A program made the position numbers and the translations under genes. A stretch of DNA of 64,000 nt, taken from contig JAYFMW010000006.1 of NCBI GenBank assembly GCA_042408215.1, forward strand, positions 352,001-416,000, in the 5' to 3' direction. Each line of letters starts with the position of its first letter. Position 1 is the first letter of the stretch. Source of the stretch: Microcoleus sp. GTDB lineage: Bacteria > Cyanobacteriota > Cyanobacteriia > Cyanobacteriales > Microcoleaceae. The notes under the pieces were generated by a model that did not search any database, was not told the DNA's origin, and saw nothing but the letters and a program-made list of their open reading frames with translations. Positions 40,870 through 51,116 of this stretch are shown here, piece after piece.

Positions 40870-41073
40870 AAAGCGTTCTGGATCGGTAGTTCAGATCCTC
40901 GACTTCTTGGAGAAGTCGGGGAGTGCGATCGGTGTTAGTTTTACCAATTATCTTGTTTCCGGCTGCATCGGAATGATTTAACCGCAGAGAACACAGAGGA
41001 CACAGAGGAAGAGAATAGAGAGATGAATAATTCAGATGCTACCGGATTTGATATTACTGAATTTGTCTCGACT

Positions 41074-42999
41074 CTACTTACCTTTATTTTTTTTAGGATA
41101 TACTTTTTTGCCTGATGTTTTCTGAGGGCGATCGGGTTCTTTTACAGCATATTTTAACAGAAAATCATCAGGCTTTGCTAAGGCCGAGTCTGCAATGCTC
41201 AGGCGACCGAATTGCGACCAATGTTGATTTAATAGCTTCAAAGCTTGGGGGCGATCTAAGGCTGCGATCGCACCCATCACTAGACGCAAATTCGATCGCA
41301 ATAACTCAATATTAGAGTCATCTACTGAAAATTGACTCACCATTGAAATCCCTGTTGCCAAATAAGCTGAATCTGGCGATATCTTTTTCGATCTTAACCC
41401 CTGACAAACCACCTTTAGCCACACCGGATATAGTTCTAACCAATTAGCGTTTTTCAATTGATTTAATGCCATTTCTTCCATTCCCAACGCCCCCCAAGTA
41501 CAAAGCGATGTTTCAGCTAAATTAGCATCCCGATTGTGCACCGCTGACTCCCATAATTCGCCCGCATAATCCTTAAATCGAACCGCCAGAAAATCATAAG
41601 CTTCCTCAACTTTATCAGTAGCCGTAACCTTGTAAACCGTCTCACCGCGCGGTAACTTATCGCCCCGATAAGATAGCCAATTGTGAGAACCGCACAAATG
41701 AATTTTCCGATCGACTACAACTTCCTTCGCATGAGAATTTCCCAGCCAAAATACCTGCACTGCTGATAAACCTTCCCGCGTTTTAATTTCTCTCAGCTTT
41801 TGCTCGACTTGTGGCGGTATTGGTCGGGTTTCATCCTGTTGTCGCCGGGAAATACCGTGACCAATTAAAATCCACACTCCCCGATTAGCCAAATTTTGAA
41901 GTAATTGAATAAACTCATTATCTACCACTTCCTTGCTCACCCAAGGAGAATAAATTAAGACTTGACGATTCCCTTTCCTCAAGGTTTCCAAAAAAGACTG
42001 CCGAATTTGACTATCCCGCAGTAAAATTACCTGATCTTTTTCCTGACTTCCATTCGACGCAACTTGCTCCCCCGTTTCCCTCAATTCTTTAACTGTTTCA
42101 ATCGCCTGCTGTTCAATCTTCTTAATTCTGGCTTCAACTTCTTGATTTCGGCGATCGAGAAGTTCTTCACGTTCCGCAGCAATTGTTTCATCGCTCAGAT
42201 ACAGCAAGTTTTGCAAAGAAACTTTGCCTTCAGTTTGCAAAATGTCAAGCAGATCGGAAGCATAGTTTAAAATTTGCTTTCCTCGTCTCACTTGCAGCTT
42301 AACTGCATCTTCAAGGGCATCAAAAATCACAAAAATTGCCACAGATTGCCAGATAGCTTGAGTCTCCTTGGTGAAATTAGCAGCAGTAATGATTTTACCA
42401 TCTTCAGGAACGTGCAACCCTAAACCAGAAGCCTGAATAATTCGTTGGAGTTCCTCAAGTCCTAACTCAGACATTTCTTGACATCGATTTTCTATTGTGA
42501 TAAAATCTTCAAAAATTGGGAGCTCGATTTGTACTTCTTCTAAAGCGGAAGATAGAAAAAATAGATTTCCTTGCAAGGGGTCAGAAATCGCATAAATTTG
42601 TTTTGTTTGCGGCGGTTGCGGGACAGAACCTTCCAGGTAAAATTGCCGACCTTGAGGAGTTAGAATAATTTTAGCATCCGGTGTCCAAGCTAAAGTTTCT
42701 AAACTCCGCAGAGTATTAGCAGTATTTTGCACGAATACAGGGTCAAGCCCTAAAGCTTGTGCTAATTCATTTTCAGTTGTTGTCAATTCCATCTCCATCC
42801 CAGCGCGGAGAATAAATTCTTCGAGGATGTTAAATTTGCGGGGTTCGCTAATAGTAACTTCTACTGATATTTGCTCTAAACAATAGCGGAATTGGCGGCC
42901 AGCCAGCACGGAGATGCCAGCCGGACTTTGCTTTTCAATTTGTTGGGCAAATTCTTGTAATTGGGGGTCAATTGGTTTAGGATAGGATACTAAAAACAT
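41074..42999 (-). CDS. Winged-helix plus single-HKD phospholipase D-family nuclease
   Basis: ELAQALGLDPVFV..L wHTH-like segment; IYSPW; HAKEVVVD (HxKxxxxD) and GSHNW. Confidence 0.8.
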   Translation of the reverse strand: MFLVSYPKPIDPQLQEFAQQIEKQSPAGISVLAGRQFRYCLEQISVEVTISEPRKFNILEEFILRAGMEMELTTTENELAQALGLDPVFVQNTANTLRSLETLAWTPDAKIILTPQGRQFYLEGSVPQPPQTKQIYAISDPLQGNLFFLSSALEEVQIELPIFEDFITIENRCQEMSELGLEELQRIIQASGLGLHVPEDGKIITAANFTKETQAIWQSVAIFVIFDALEDAVKLQVRRGKQILNYASDLLDILQTEGKVSLQNLLYLSDETIAAEREELLDRRNQEVEARIKKIEQQAIETVKELRETGEQVASNGSQEKDQVILLRDSQIRQSFLETLRKGNRQVLIYSPWVSKEVVDNEFIQLLQNLANRGVWILIGHGISRRQQDETRPIPPQVEQKLREIKTREGLSAVQVFWLGNSHAKEVVVDRKIHLCGSHNWLSYRGDKLPRGETVYKVTATDKVEEAYDFLAVRFKDYAGELWESAVHNRDANLAETSLCTWGALGMEEMALNQLKNANWLELYPVWLKVVCQGLRSKKISPDSAYLATGISMVSQFSVDDSNIELLRSNLRLVMGAIAALDRPQALKLLNQHWSQFGRLSIADSALAKPDDFLLKYAVKEPDRPQKTSGKKVYPKKNKGK

Positions 43000-43041
43000 C
43001 TTGATTTATAAAGCTTTAGTGAATTGCGGATTTTAAGGCAA

Positions 43042-43196
43042 TACGGTTCAGATAAGACCGATCCCCCCGGCGCCTTGAGGGCGGGCACGGGGGCACCGCC
43101 CCTACAAAGGGGGGAACAAGAAGTTGCTCAAAGTCCCCCTTCTTAAGGGGGATTTAGGGGGATCTCCGGGGAATTAACAGTGTTAACCCAAGCGTA
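43042..43196. repeat. Composite REP/MITE in the helicase-PLD spacer
   Basis: G/C-run palindrome plus gggcg..cgcccctac hairpin, bounded by aatacg..cgtatt. Confidence 0.7.
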
Positions 43197-43270
43197 TTGG
43201 ATTTTAAGGAATAAGTATTTCAGTTGCTAAAGGTTGATTGGCCTCGGCAATTCTGAATTTCCTACCCATT

Positions 43271-46200
43271 TTAACCCAAGATGCTAGAAACATCAATCAA
43301 TCCTCCATTGCGGCGCACAATATTTGCTACTTCGGAATACATACTTCCCACTTTACCTTTGTGCTTGGTAAATAGTGAATGGCATCCCACAATTATTAGC
43401 AATTCCTGAGCGCGGGAAAAGGCAACGTTTACCCGTTCTGGCTTTTTTGCAAAGCCAATATCTCCATCAGGATTGTTTCTCACCATGCTGACAATAATAA
43501 TCGGCCGTTCCATGCCCTGAAATCGGTCAACAGTACCCGTTCTAATGGCAAGGGAGGGGAATTTGCGATCGCTAAGCATTTCCTCAATTCGCCTCAATTG
43601 AGCACCATAAAAAGTAATGATACCGATTTCTTTTTTCGGTTGTCCTTCGGCAACTTTCAGGCTCCAAACCTCCTCCATTTGTTCGCAGAGAATGTCGATC
43701 GCATCGACTTCCTTAAGATTATACCTTGACGTTCCCTCTAATTGCTCTTGAAATCTTTGTTCTTGTGGCATTTTTACCCAGATTAGGTGATGTTCTGCTC
43801 GGATGATGTCGCCTGCTACATTGTGCGATCGCACTTTCTCAGGCTCCATAATCCCACAACGCAGGCTATGGTCGTAAAATTGATTAATTGCTCCCATAAT
43901 GTAGGGGTGCATCCGATACTGAACAGTCAGCCGCCGCTTGATGCTTTCTGATGCAGCTTCAAATTGTTTCTTAAAGAGAGATTCTTCCAGAAAGCTGATA
44001 TCTTCTGGTTCGATTCCCATTTCTGTCGCGATTTCTTCTAAACTCTTTTCATGTAGCATTGGCGGTAATTGGCGGTAGTCACCAATCAATACTAATTTTT
44101 TGCCTTTGAGTGCAGGAATCAGAATTTCTGGAGGTGTACATTTACTTACTTCGTCAATGATGACTACATCAAAATTGGTAAATTCTTTGAAACCGTAGCC
44201 CGCTACTTGGCTGCAAGTAATACCGATGACGTTGGCATTGTCGATGTAAACTTGCCTCAATTCGCTCCGATCTTGTTCGGAGGGGTTACGGAGTTTTGCT
44301 ATCCAATCTTGAGTTAGGTTCTCATAGCCTTTAAGGTGGGATTCTTCTTGAGTGAGTTGTTGGTGCCAAGCATCGAATTGTGTTTTGATTTCGTGCAAAA
44401 AGTTGAGATCGAATAAGCCGCTGGCGGGGATTGGTGGCTTGAGGCGATCGGGGATATTTTGCCACGCTGAGTCCCACCATTTTCGCTCGGAAATTAAAGT
44501 GGGTGGTAGTTGCATTTGAGCATCTATTTCGCGAAGTTGACTTTGGGATTTTGACAGGTTTATTCTGGCAACTTTTACACCACTTTTGCGGTTAGATGAG
44601 TTTCTGATAATGCTTTCTCGGACATTCGAGAGTACACCGAAAATATCGATAGCAGAACTCAAAATCTCAATTTGACTAATACGATTTTCCCAAGAGCGTA
44701 CCTTTTGTGCTATTTCTGGTGCTACAGCTAGCATATCTGAAGGGGTTTGGATTAAATTTGCTAAAATACCTAATTCTTTTGGCACTTCTGGTAATTGAGC
44801 AAAGTTTTGCCAGAGAACGATCGCTTTTTTACACTTGATGTCAGCTTGGCTACGATAGCTGTCTATTTGTTGTTGATTGCCATAGCGTTCTATCTGTTCC
44901 AACGTTCCCTTGGCTGACTCAGCTTCAAACATGGCTGCGATCGCATCATTTCCATAAGACAATACAATCCGATCATCGTCAATCCATCCAGACAGATTAT
45001 CCTGTAACCAAGCAGCTAAACTAAATGTCTCCCGTTGAGGAGGAACTCTACCAAGTTCAGAAGTCAGCTTAACTATTTCTTTAATTTTTGCCTTAAAAAC
45101 TCGCACAGACTCGTCTAAAATTATGTAGGGCTTTAGACTGTTCAATAAATTAATGACCGTCTCATCTTCCCAATTAATTGAAGATTGAGACATGAGCAAT
45201 TGTAAACCAGGAAGGATATATTCAACAATTTCGCGCTGTTTAGCTTCCGCTTCTTCATAGACACTTTCCTGCGCTCTACAAGTTTCCTCTAACTCTGCCT
45301 TGCGCGATCGCAACTCCTTGTAACTTTCTTGTAACTTTTCCTCGGCTCGCAAATACGCATCAAACCGCTCGGAATTTGCTAACAAGTTATTGAAAAACTC
45401 TATATCTTCCCGCTGTTTTGCCAACCGCTTTTCGCAGTCATCAGCCGTATTTCTCAGCCAATTGCCAATTACTTTATCTTCCACAAATGGCAAACCTTCC
45501 TCTTCAACGCGCTCCGCACGCCCCTTTCGCAAAGCGCGGATAACGGGACTGTGAATTAAGCGACTCAAAGCATTATCAACAGCTAAATTTGCTTGAGAAG
45601 CAATTAAAGTCCTCCCGCCCCGCAGCGCAACTTGATAGGAAATTTCAGCGATAACAGTCGTTTTCCCCGTTCCAGGTGGCCCTTGAATTAACACTAAATC
45701 TGGTGCAGATAAGACAGCTTCTACTGCTGCAACTTGGTCATCATTTGCCCCTGATAGCAACAAATCCTCTGGTTTTAGTTTAACAGTTGTTTGTGGGTTT
45801 CTTGCCTGAGAAGCATCAAAGAAAAACTCGCCTACATAGGGATTTTGAGCAATTCCCATTTGCAGATCGTCTAAAGCTTTTTTCTGCCGCTTAATTTGAG
45901 TTAAATCTCCCGCCGCCTCGAAAGACAAAAAGCCTATTTTCGGCAACTGATAGTGTCCTTCTCCAATTTTTTCTACTAACTCAGAATCCAGTCTCACCCG
46001 GATAAATCCCTTTGCTTTGTCAATCTCTTCAATAGATCCTAATAAAATTGCCTGCCACTTTGCAGGCTGCGGGACAGATTCTCGCTCAGATTGGTTATCA
46101 TCTTTCTCGCGGATTTCTTCAACTCGGACTACAAGTTTTATATCCTCATTTCTCGCCCTAGCTGCTCTTGTCCAGAAGTCATCTTGTTTGAGATAAATTC

Positions 46201-47542
46201 CTGATGATTTGTCGAGTTTTGCCTCAGATACAGTAATCTCAAAAGTGATTTTGCGGGTAGCAGAGCCGTAGTTATGACCATAAAAAGGCACGAAAAATTC
46301 TCGCGTCTTAGCAATCCGCTCTTCAATCTTTAAAAAGGCTCTCCAACCTTTTAACTGTTCTTCTGTTGGCACGCAATCCCCGCAAAATGGAACGGTTTGC
46401 ATGAGATCTAAAGCTGAAATTGGCACTCCCCTCCGCGATTGGTGATTTAGGTGTAGACTTAGGGAGAAAAGAACGGAAAAACCATCACTACGTCCCCGTT
46501 CTGAAGCAACTAAACGAGCAGAAAGTAAGCGCAAGCCATCGGATCTGCCTTCTGTGACAAGAGCCACCAAACTTAATGTTTTTTGCCGTTTTTCAAGGAT
46601 TTCTGGTAATTTTGCTGCTTCGATATCTGTGGCGATCGCCAGTTCCCATTTTTCTTCGCCCGGTGCTTCTCCCGGCCCTTTGCGGCGGACATAGAAAAGC
46701 CTGGGTTCGTCTCCCAAAATATCAGATAGCAAGTCTTCGGCGCGATCGCGGCGATCGCTAAATTCAGAATACTTTTCCAGAGCATCTTTACCTTCCATTT
46801 CACGGATCAGGTAATCGATCGCCTGATTCCCTAAAAACCGATATCCCCAATTTTCCTCATTATTATTGAGAGGTTCTGTTGCAGTTTGTGATGAGAGAGG
46901 GGATGGATTATTACTGGTTTGAGGTGCTGTAATAATCGCAGAAATTTCGATCGAGACGTTGTGGCTAGATGCTTGCAAAACAATAGAGCCAGATAGGTTA
47001 GTTCCGGCTGGAATATCTTGGGAATTGAGGACAATATCTAGTTTCTGTAACCCGCAAGAAAGGTAAGGTTGCTGTACTTGTAACCAAGGCGCAGAGCACG
47101 AAACTTTGCAGTCGCCGCCGAGTTGCAGTTGTTCGGTTCGCTGCAAATATCGGTTAGTTTGGATTTCCCCGAAATGGACTGCTGTGGGAATGTCCCAGCT
47201 TACTCCCAGCCATTGGACGTTGGGAGCGCTTCCCAAGCATCTTACTCTGTCTAAAACTGGTGCGGTATGCGGTGCGGCATCGATCGCAATTTCTCCCGTA
47301 TTCCCGCCGATATTGCGCTCGATGCTCAAGTTTTCCAGTTTCACGCCGGAGACTGCGATTTTCAAAACAGGTTCGTCAGTGGCAAAAATGATGGTGTTTT
47401 CTCCTTCCCCCCGCAGCACGATCGCTCGTTCAATGGTAAATGGCCCCTTGTATTCACCTGCTTTTAAATCAATCTCATATCCATCTTTCACAATTGTCAA
47501 AAACTCACCAAAGTTGCTGGGATCGGCGGAGAAAGTAGGCAT
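43271..47542 (-). CDS. Superfamily 1 UPF1/DNA2-like helicase (AAA_11/AAA_12) with long N-terminal extension and coiled-coil insert
   Basis: IQGPPGTGKTT, SQANLAVDN, IIDEVS, GDYRQLPP, QYRMHP, GTVDRFQG.E, NVAFSRA. Confidence 0.92.
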   Translation of the reverse strand: MPTFSADPSNFGEFLTIVKDGYEIDLKAGEYKGPFTIERAIVLRGEGENTIIFATDEPVLKIAVSGVKLENLSIERNIGGNTGEIAIDAAPHTAPVLDRVRCLGSAPNVQWLGVSWDIPTAVHFGEIQTNRYLQRTEQLQLGGDCKVSCSAPWLQVQQPYLSCGLQKLDIVLNSQDIPAGTNLSGSIVLQASSHNVSIEISAIITAPQTSNNPSPLSSQTATEPLNNNEENWGYRFLGNQAIDYLIREMEGKDALEKYSEFSDRRDRAEDLLSDILGDEPRLFYVRRKGPGEAPGEEKWELAIATDIEAAKLPEILEKRQKTLSLVALVTEGRSDGLRLLSARLVASERGRSDGFSVLFSLSLHLNHQSRRGVPISALDLMQTVPFCGDCVPTEEQLKGWRAFLKIEERIAKTREFFVPFYGHNYGSATRKITFEITVSEAKLDKSSGIYLKQDDFWTRAARARNEDIKLVVRVEEIREKDDNQSERESVPQPAKWQAILLGSIEEIDKAKGFIRVRLDSELVEKIGEGHYQLPKIGFLSFEAAGDLTQIKRQKKALDDLQMGIAQNPYVGEFFFDASQARNPQTTVKLKPEDLLLSGANDDQVAAVEAVLSAPDLVLIQGPPGTGKTTVIAEISYQVALRGGRTLIASQANLAVDNALSRLIHSPVIRALRKGRAERVEEEGLPFVEDKVIGNWLRNTADDCEKRLAKQREDIEFFNNLLANSERFDAYLRAEEKLQESYKELRSRKAELEETCRAQESVYEEAEAKQREIVEYILPGLQLLMSQSSINWEDETVINLLNSLKPYIILDESVRVFKAKIKEIVKLTSELGRVPPQRETFSLAAWLQDNLSGWIDDDRIVLSYGNDAIAAMFEAESAKGTLEQIERYGNQQQIDSYRSQADIKCKKAIVLWQNFAQLPEVPKELGILANLIQTPSDMLAVAPEIAQKVRSWENRISQIEILSSAIDIFGVLSNVRESIIRNSSNRKSGVKVARINLSKSQSQLREIDAQMQLPPTLISERKWWDSAWQNIPDRLKPPIPASGLFDLNFLHEIKTQFDAWHQQLTQEESHLKGYENLTQDWIAKLRNPSEQDRSELRQVYIDNANVIGITCSQVAGYGFKEFTNFDVVIIDEVSKCTPPEILIPALKGKKLVLIGDYRQLPPMLHEKSLEEIATEMGIEPEDISFLEESLFKKQFEAASESIKRRLTVQYRMHPYIMGAINQFYDHSLRCGIMEPEKVRSHNVAGDIIRAEHHLIWVKMPQEQRFQEQLEGTSRYNLKEVDAIDILCEQMEEVWSLKVAEGQPKKEIGIITFYGAQLRRIEEMLSDRKFPSLAIRTGTVDRFQGMERPIIIVSMVRNNPDGDIGFAKKPERVNVAFSRAQELLIIVGCHSLFTKHKGKVGSMYSEVANIVRRNGGLIDVSSILG

Positions 47543-47589
47543 AGATGCTTATGGGGGGCGATCGGGGAAAAGCTGATTTCAGGACTTAC

Positions 47590-47719
47590 GCAGGTACACT
47601 AATGGACATTTCAGGAGAGTCAGACTACTTTCGGTAGCTTCGCCTTTCGGAAGTGTCAAGAATCATACTTCGACTACGCTCAGCAACCACCGCAGTTTTT
47701 AGGGCGGTGAGTATGTCAA
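47590..47719 (+). mobile_element. Orphan IS200/IS605-like right end / TnpB reRNA remnant
   Basis: ctaatggac..agtcagact..gaatc..caccgc..gcggtgagtatgTCAA parallels the right end at 59440-59576. Confidence 0.55.
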
Positions 47720-47733
47720 ACCATTATACACTG

Positions 47734-47794
47734 AAAAAGCCGTCCTAAAAGGACGGGGTTTGGGCCCTGCGCTTCGCTCCGCCCAAATTTCTGG
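47734..47794 (-). mobile_element. IS200/IS605-like left-end remnant
   Basis: Reverse complement ccagaaatttggg..aaaccccgtccttttaggacggctttt resembles the left end at 58135-58178. Confidence 0.6.
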
Positions 47795-47829
47795 TGAACA
47801 CAACTACGATCGCACCCCGCTTGACTTGT

Positions 47830-47884
47830 CAGGCGATCGAGCATTCAAGGCGATCGAGCATTCAAGGCGATCGAGCATTCAAGG
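47830..47884 (+). repeat. Three copies of a 17-bp tandem repeat AGGCGATCGAGCATTCA
   Basis: Direct reading. Confidence 0.85.
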
Positions 47885-47887
47885 ATC

Positions 47888-48145
47888 AAGTATACTTGGT
47901 ATCTTCAAATAGAAGAGGAAATTGCCCACTGGGAAACTACAATCAAAAGTGACTCTAATGATGCTGATGCTCCTATGAGATTGGCATTGGCTTTGATTAC
48001 TCAAGACAAAACAAAAAATAAAGAACAAGCAATGGGCTACCTAAAACAGGCGGAGGCTATTTTCAAAAGTCAAGGCTATGACGAGGAAGCAATGCAGGCT
48101 GCTCAACTTTACGGCGTGGCTTATTGGGGAATGCTTGGAAAGTGA
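47888..48145 (+). pseudogene. Probable 3' remnant of a TPR-like gene
   Basis: Open frame KYTWYLQIEEEIAHWE..DADAPMRLALAL..AMGYLKQAEAIF..GK* without a clear 5' start. Confidence 0.4.
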
Positions 48146-48242
48146 CGTTCAGATTATCAGTCCTGGACGCACTCCGACTAAAGAAACCGGGTTTTTTACC
48201 ACGACTGAAGTCCTGACTCCCAACAACGGCACATGAGGAAAT

Positions 48243-49343
48243 ATGAATAAACTGCTGCTCAAAAAAATGGTTTTTTTCTTAATGGTTTCAGTGACCCTAT
48301 TTATGGTCACAGTAACTCATGTAGCCGCCCAACAACTACCATTCTACTGGGATAATATTAATGTCACAATCGACCTTCAGACGAACGGAGATATGTTAGT
48401 TACAGAAACACAAAAATATGTGTTCGCAACAAACTACACCAATCAACGGTATCGCTATATTCCTTTAGATAAGGTCGATGAAATTAAAGATGTGACCGTT
48501 GCCGAAAATAATCGAATAATTGCCAGTAGCACTGGGTTTGAAAACAATCAACTTTGGATTCGCTGGCAACATGAATTAAAACCGCCAGACTCACATACTT
48601 TTGTCATAAAATATCGTGTGGTAGGTGGATTGCAGGTAGATGGTGAGAATACTCAAGTTTATTGGAAAGCTATTTGGGCAGATCGCAAAGCCCCAATTAA
48701 AGCTAGCCAAGTCACGGTTAAACTGCCGGATATTCTAGCTGCGAAAGTCTCTTCGTTCAAAAGCTTTGGCATACCGACAGCAGTGCGTCAAGTCGATGGT
48801 CAAACATTTGTATTTACAACTAAGAAAGCGCTACCTCCAAAGCAAGCATTAGAGGTTCAAGTTACGTTTCCCACAGGAATTATTAAGCTGTCACCCCCAT
48901 CTCCGCAGGCTAGTAATGATTCCGGTTTCACAAGAGATGATTCTTCCCCACTAGGGGGATTTCTCGGATTCACAGTAGGAGCGATCGTACTCATAGTAAC
49001 CACATCACCGATATGGATACCTGTGATTTTGTTAATAAAATTTTTCTCGGCACTTAGAAAAACTTGTCCTAGCTGTAAAAAGCCAACGCTAATAACCACT
49101 AGAAAATTAATCTCTACACCCACCCCAAGCGCTCAAGGGGAGGATAAAATTATCCGTCACTGTAAGAATTGCGGTTATCACCATGAAAAAATAGTTGTGA
49201 TGCCTTACTTAGCTCCTATCAGTAGTAGCGATAGTAGTAGCGACGGTGGTAGTAGCTATGGCGATAGTAGTAGCGACGGTGGTAGTAGCTATGGCGATAG
49301 TAGTAGTGGCGATAGTGGCGGTGGTGGCGGCGGTGGCGGTTAA
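48243..49343 (+). CDS. DUF2207-like membrane protein with CxxC..CxxC motif and Gly/Ser tail
   Basis: Signal peptide, NGDMLVTET, VYWKAIW, TM helix, CPSC/CKNC, GDSSSDGGSSYG repeats, poly-G end. Confidence 0.8.
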   Translation: MNKLLLKKMVFFLMVSVTLFMVTVTHVAAQQLPFYWDNINVTIDLQTNGDMLVTETQKYVFATNYTNQRYRYIPLDKVDEIKDVTVAENNRIIASSTGFENNQLWIRWQHELKPPDSHTFVIKYRVVGGLQVDGENTQVYWKAIWADRKAPIKASQVTVKLPDILAAKVSSFKSFGIPTAVRQVDGQTFVFTTKKALPPKQALEVQVTFPTGIIKLSPPSPQASNDSGFTRDDSSPLGGFLGFTVGAIVLIVTTSPIWIPVILLIKFFSALRKTCPSCKKPTLITTRKLISTPTPSAQGEDKIIRHCKNCGYHHEKIVVMPYLAPISSSDSSSDGGSSYGDSSSDGGSSYGDSSSGDSGGGGGGGG

Positions 49344-49520
49344 TATGAAGCCAGGTTAATTAACCATGATTGAGATGCTTCGCGAAGGATCAGGAATCAG
49401 CATGACAGTTGACGGAGAAATTCCTCAAGTTTATTGACGAACCCGGCTTGTTGAGAATGCTTGGGAATGTGTACCCGGAAGAAGAGCCTCCAAACACTAT
49501 CACAATAAGGAGAACAAATC

Positions 49521-50900
49521 ATGTCTCAACAAACTAACAAAATAAAAACTCCGCCACCCATTTTTTTTATTATTATCGTCGGCTTAATTGCGTTGGGCGC
49601 ATACAAGTTCATTCCCGGTTTATTGAAGGGCAAAAGTTCAGATACACCCGGTGCGATCGCCAATCGCGTCAGTTTAGGAAATCAGATATTGGTGACATCT
49701 CAAACAACCGCCGAAAAACAAGCAGGCGTTACAGCTTTTGCCGAGGGAAATTACCAAGCTGCTGTTCAACATTTTCAGACATCGCTGAAACAAAATCGCA
49801 ACGACCCGGAAACGGTAATCTATTTGAATAATGCCACAGCAAGCAATGGTTCTTCCTTAAAAATTGCTGTCAGCGTCCCCATTGGTAGCAACCCCAATGT
49901 CGCCCAAGAAATCCTCCGAGGAGTCGCCCAAGCTCAGGATCAAATCAATAATAGCGGTGGCATCAACGGCGCAAAACTGCAAGTAGAAATTGTCAACGAT
50001 GACAACAGTCCAGAGGTGGTCAGAGATGTTGCAAAAGCATTAACAAAGGATCGGAATATACTAGCAGTAATTGGACATAACGCTAGCAATGCTTCTCTCG
50101 AAGCTGCTCCGATCTATCAGCAAGAAAAACTGGTAATGGTGACACCGACTAGCCAAGCAAATAATCTCTCAGGATTTGGCAGCTACATCTTTCGGACAGT
50201 ACCCAATATTAGCTTAATGGCGGCTCCCTTAGCAGAATATGCAGTCAAAACAGCAGGCAAAACTAATATTGCTATTTGTTATGACTCGCAAGCACCCGAT
50301 AACATATCATTTAAAGATGAATTTGTGGCTGCTCTTACTGCTGCGGGAGGCAAATTAGTTCCCACTGTTTGCGACTTTTCAACACCCTCTTTTAATCCCG
50401 ACAATGCGATCGCCGATGCTGTCAGCAAAGGGGCGCAAGGATTGATGTTAGCACCCCACATCGATCGCATCGATCGCGCTATTTCTCTGGCTCGCATCAA
50501 TCGAGGCAAATTGCCACTCTACGGCAACACTACAATGTACACCTTTCAAACACTAAAAGATGGGCAAAAGAGCGTTGACGGGCTTGTTTTGCCCGTTCCC
50601 TGGCATCCTGCAACCAATCCCGGTAACACTTTCCCAGAAAATGCCCGCCAGCGCTGGGGAGGAATAGTAAATTGGCGAACCGCAACCAGTTTTGATGCGA
50701 CTCAAGCTGTCATCGCGGGCTTGCGGCTAAGTAATACGCGGGAAGGATTGCAACAAGCACTCAGAAATCCGAGTTTCTCGACAGCAGGAGCTAGCGAGGA
50801 TGTGAAATTTTTGCCAACGGGCGATCGGGCGGGAAAGCCGATTTTAGTGCAAGTTAAACAAGTAGCAAATACTGGCTACAATTTTGTCCCGCTGCGGTAA
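49521..50900 (+). CDS. Branched-chain amino acid-type substrate-binding protein (Peripla_BP_6) with a TPR-like helix
   Basis: IAVSVPIG, EILRGVAQAQ, GGING, VIGHNAS, YIFRTVP. Confidence 0.88.
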   Translation: MSQQTNKIKTPPPIFFIIIVGLIALGAYKFIPGLLKGKSSDTPGAIANRVSLGNQILVTSQTTAEKQAGVTAFAEGNYQAAVQHFQTSLKQNRNDPETVIYLNNATASNGSSLKIAVSVPIGSNPNVAQEILRGVAQAQDQINNSGGINGAKLQVEIVNDDNSPEVVRDVAKALTKDRNILAVIGHNASNASLEAAPIYQQEKLVMVTPTSQANNLSGFGSYIFRTVPNISLMAAPLAEYAVKTAGKTNIAICYDSQAPDNISFKDEFVAALTAAGGKLVPTVCDFSTPSFNPDNAIADAVSKGAQGLMLAPHIDRIDRAISLARINRGKLPLYGNTTMYTFQTLKDGQKSVDGLVLPVPWHPATNPGNTFPENARQRWGGIVNWRTATSFDATQAVIAGLRLSNTREGLQQALRNPSFSTAGASEDVKFLPTGDRAGKPILVQVKQVANTGYNFVPLR

Positions 50901-51116
50901 GTTTGTTAAGTACGATCGCCCGTTGTCGGCTGTCGAGATCTCGAATTCGCAGTAGGAATCAGGAAAAGCAACAAAAAACTGCTGATTTGATTCGCAGCTA
51001 CCTCAACGGGCGATCGAGCTAAAGTTATCTGAGGTGCGTGATGCTCAAAACTTGGATCAAGTCTTGAGTGACTCTCAACTCACGCACCCTACTTAACATA
51101 TAGCCTTGTCCACTGT

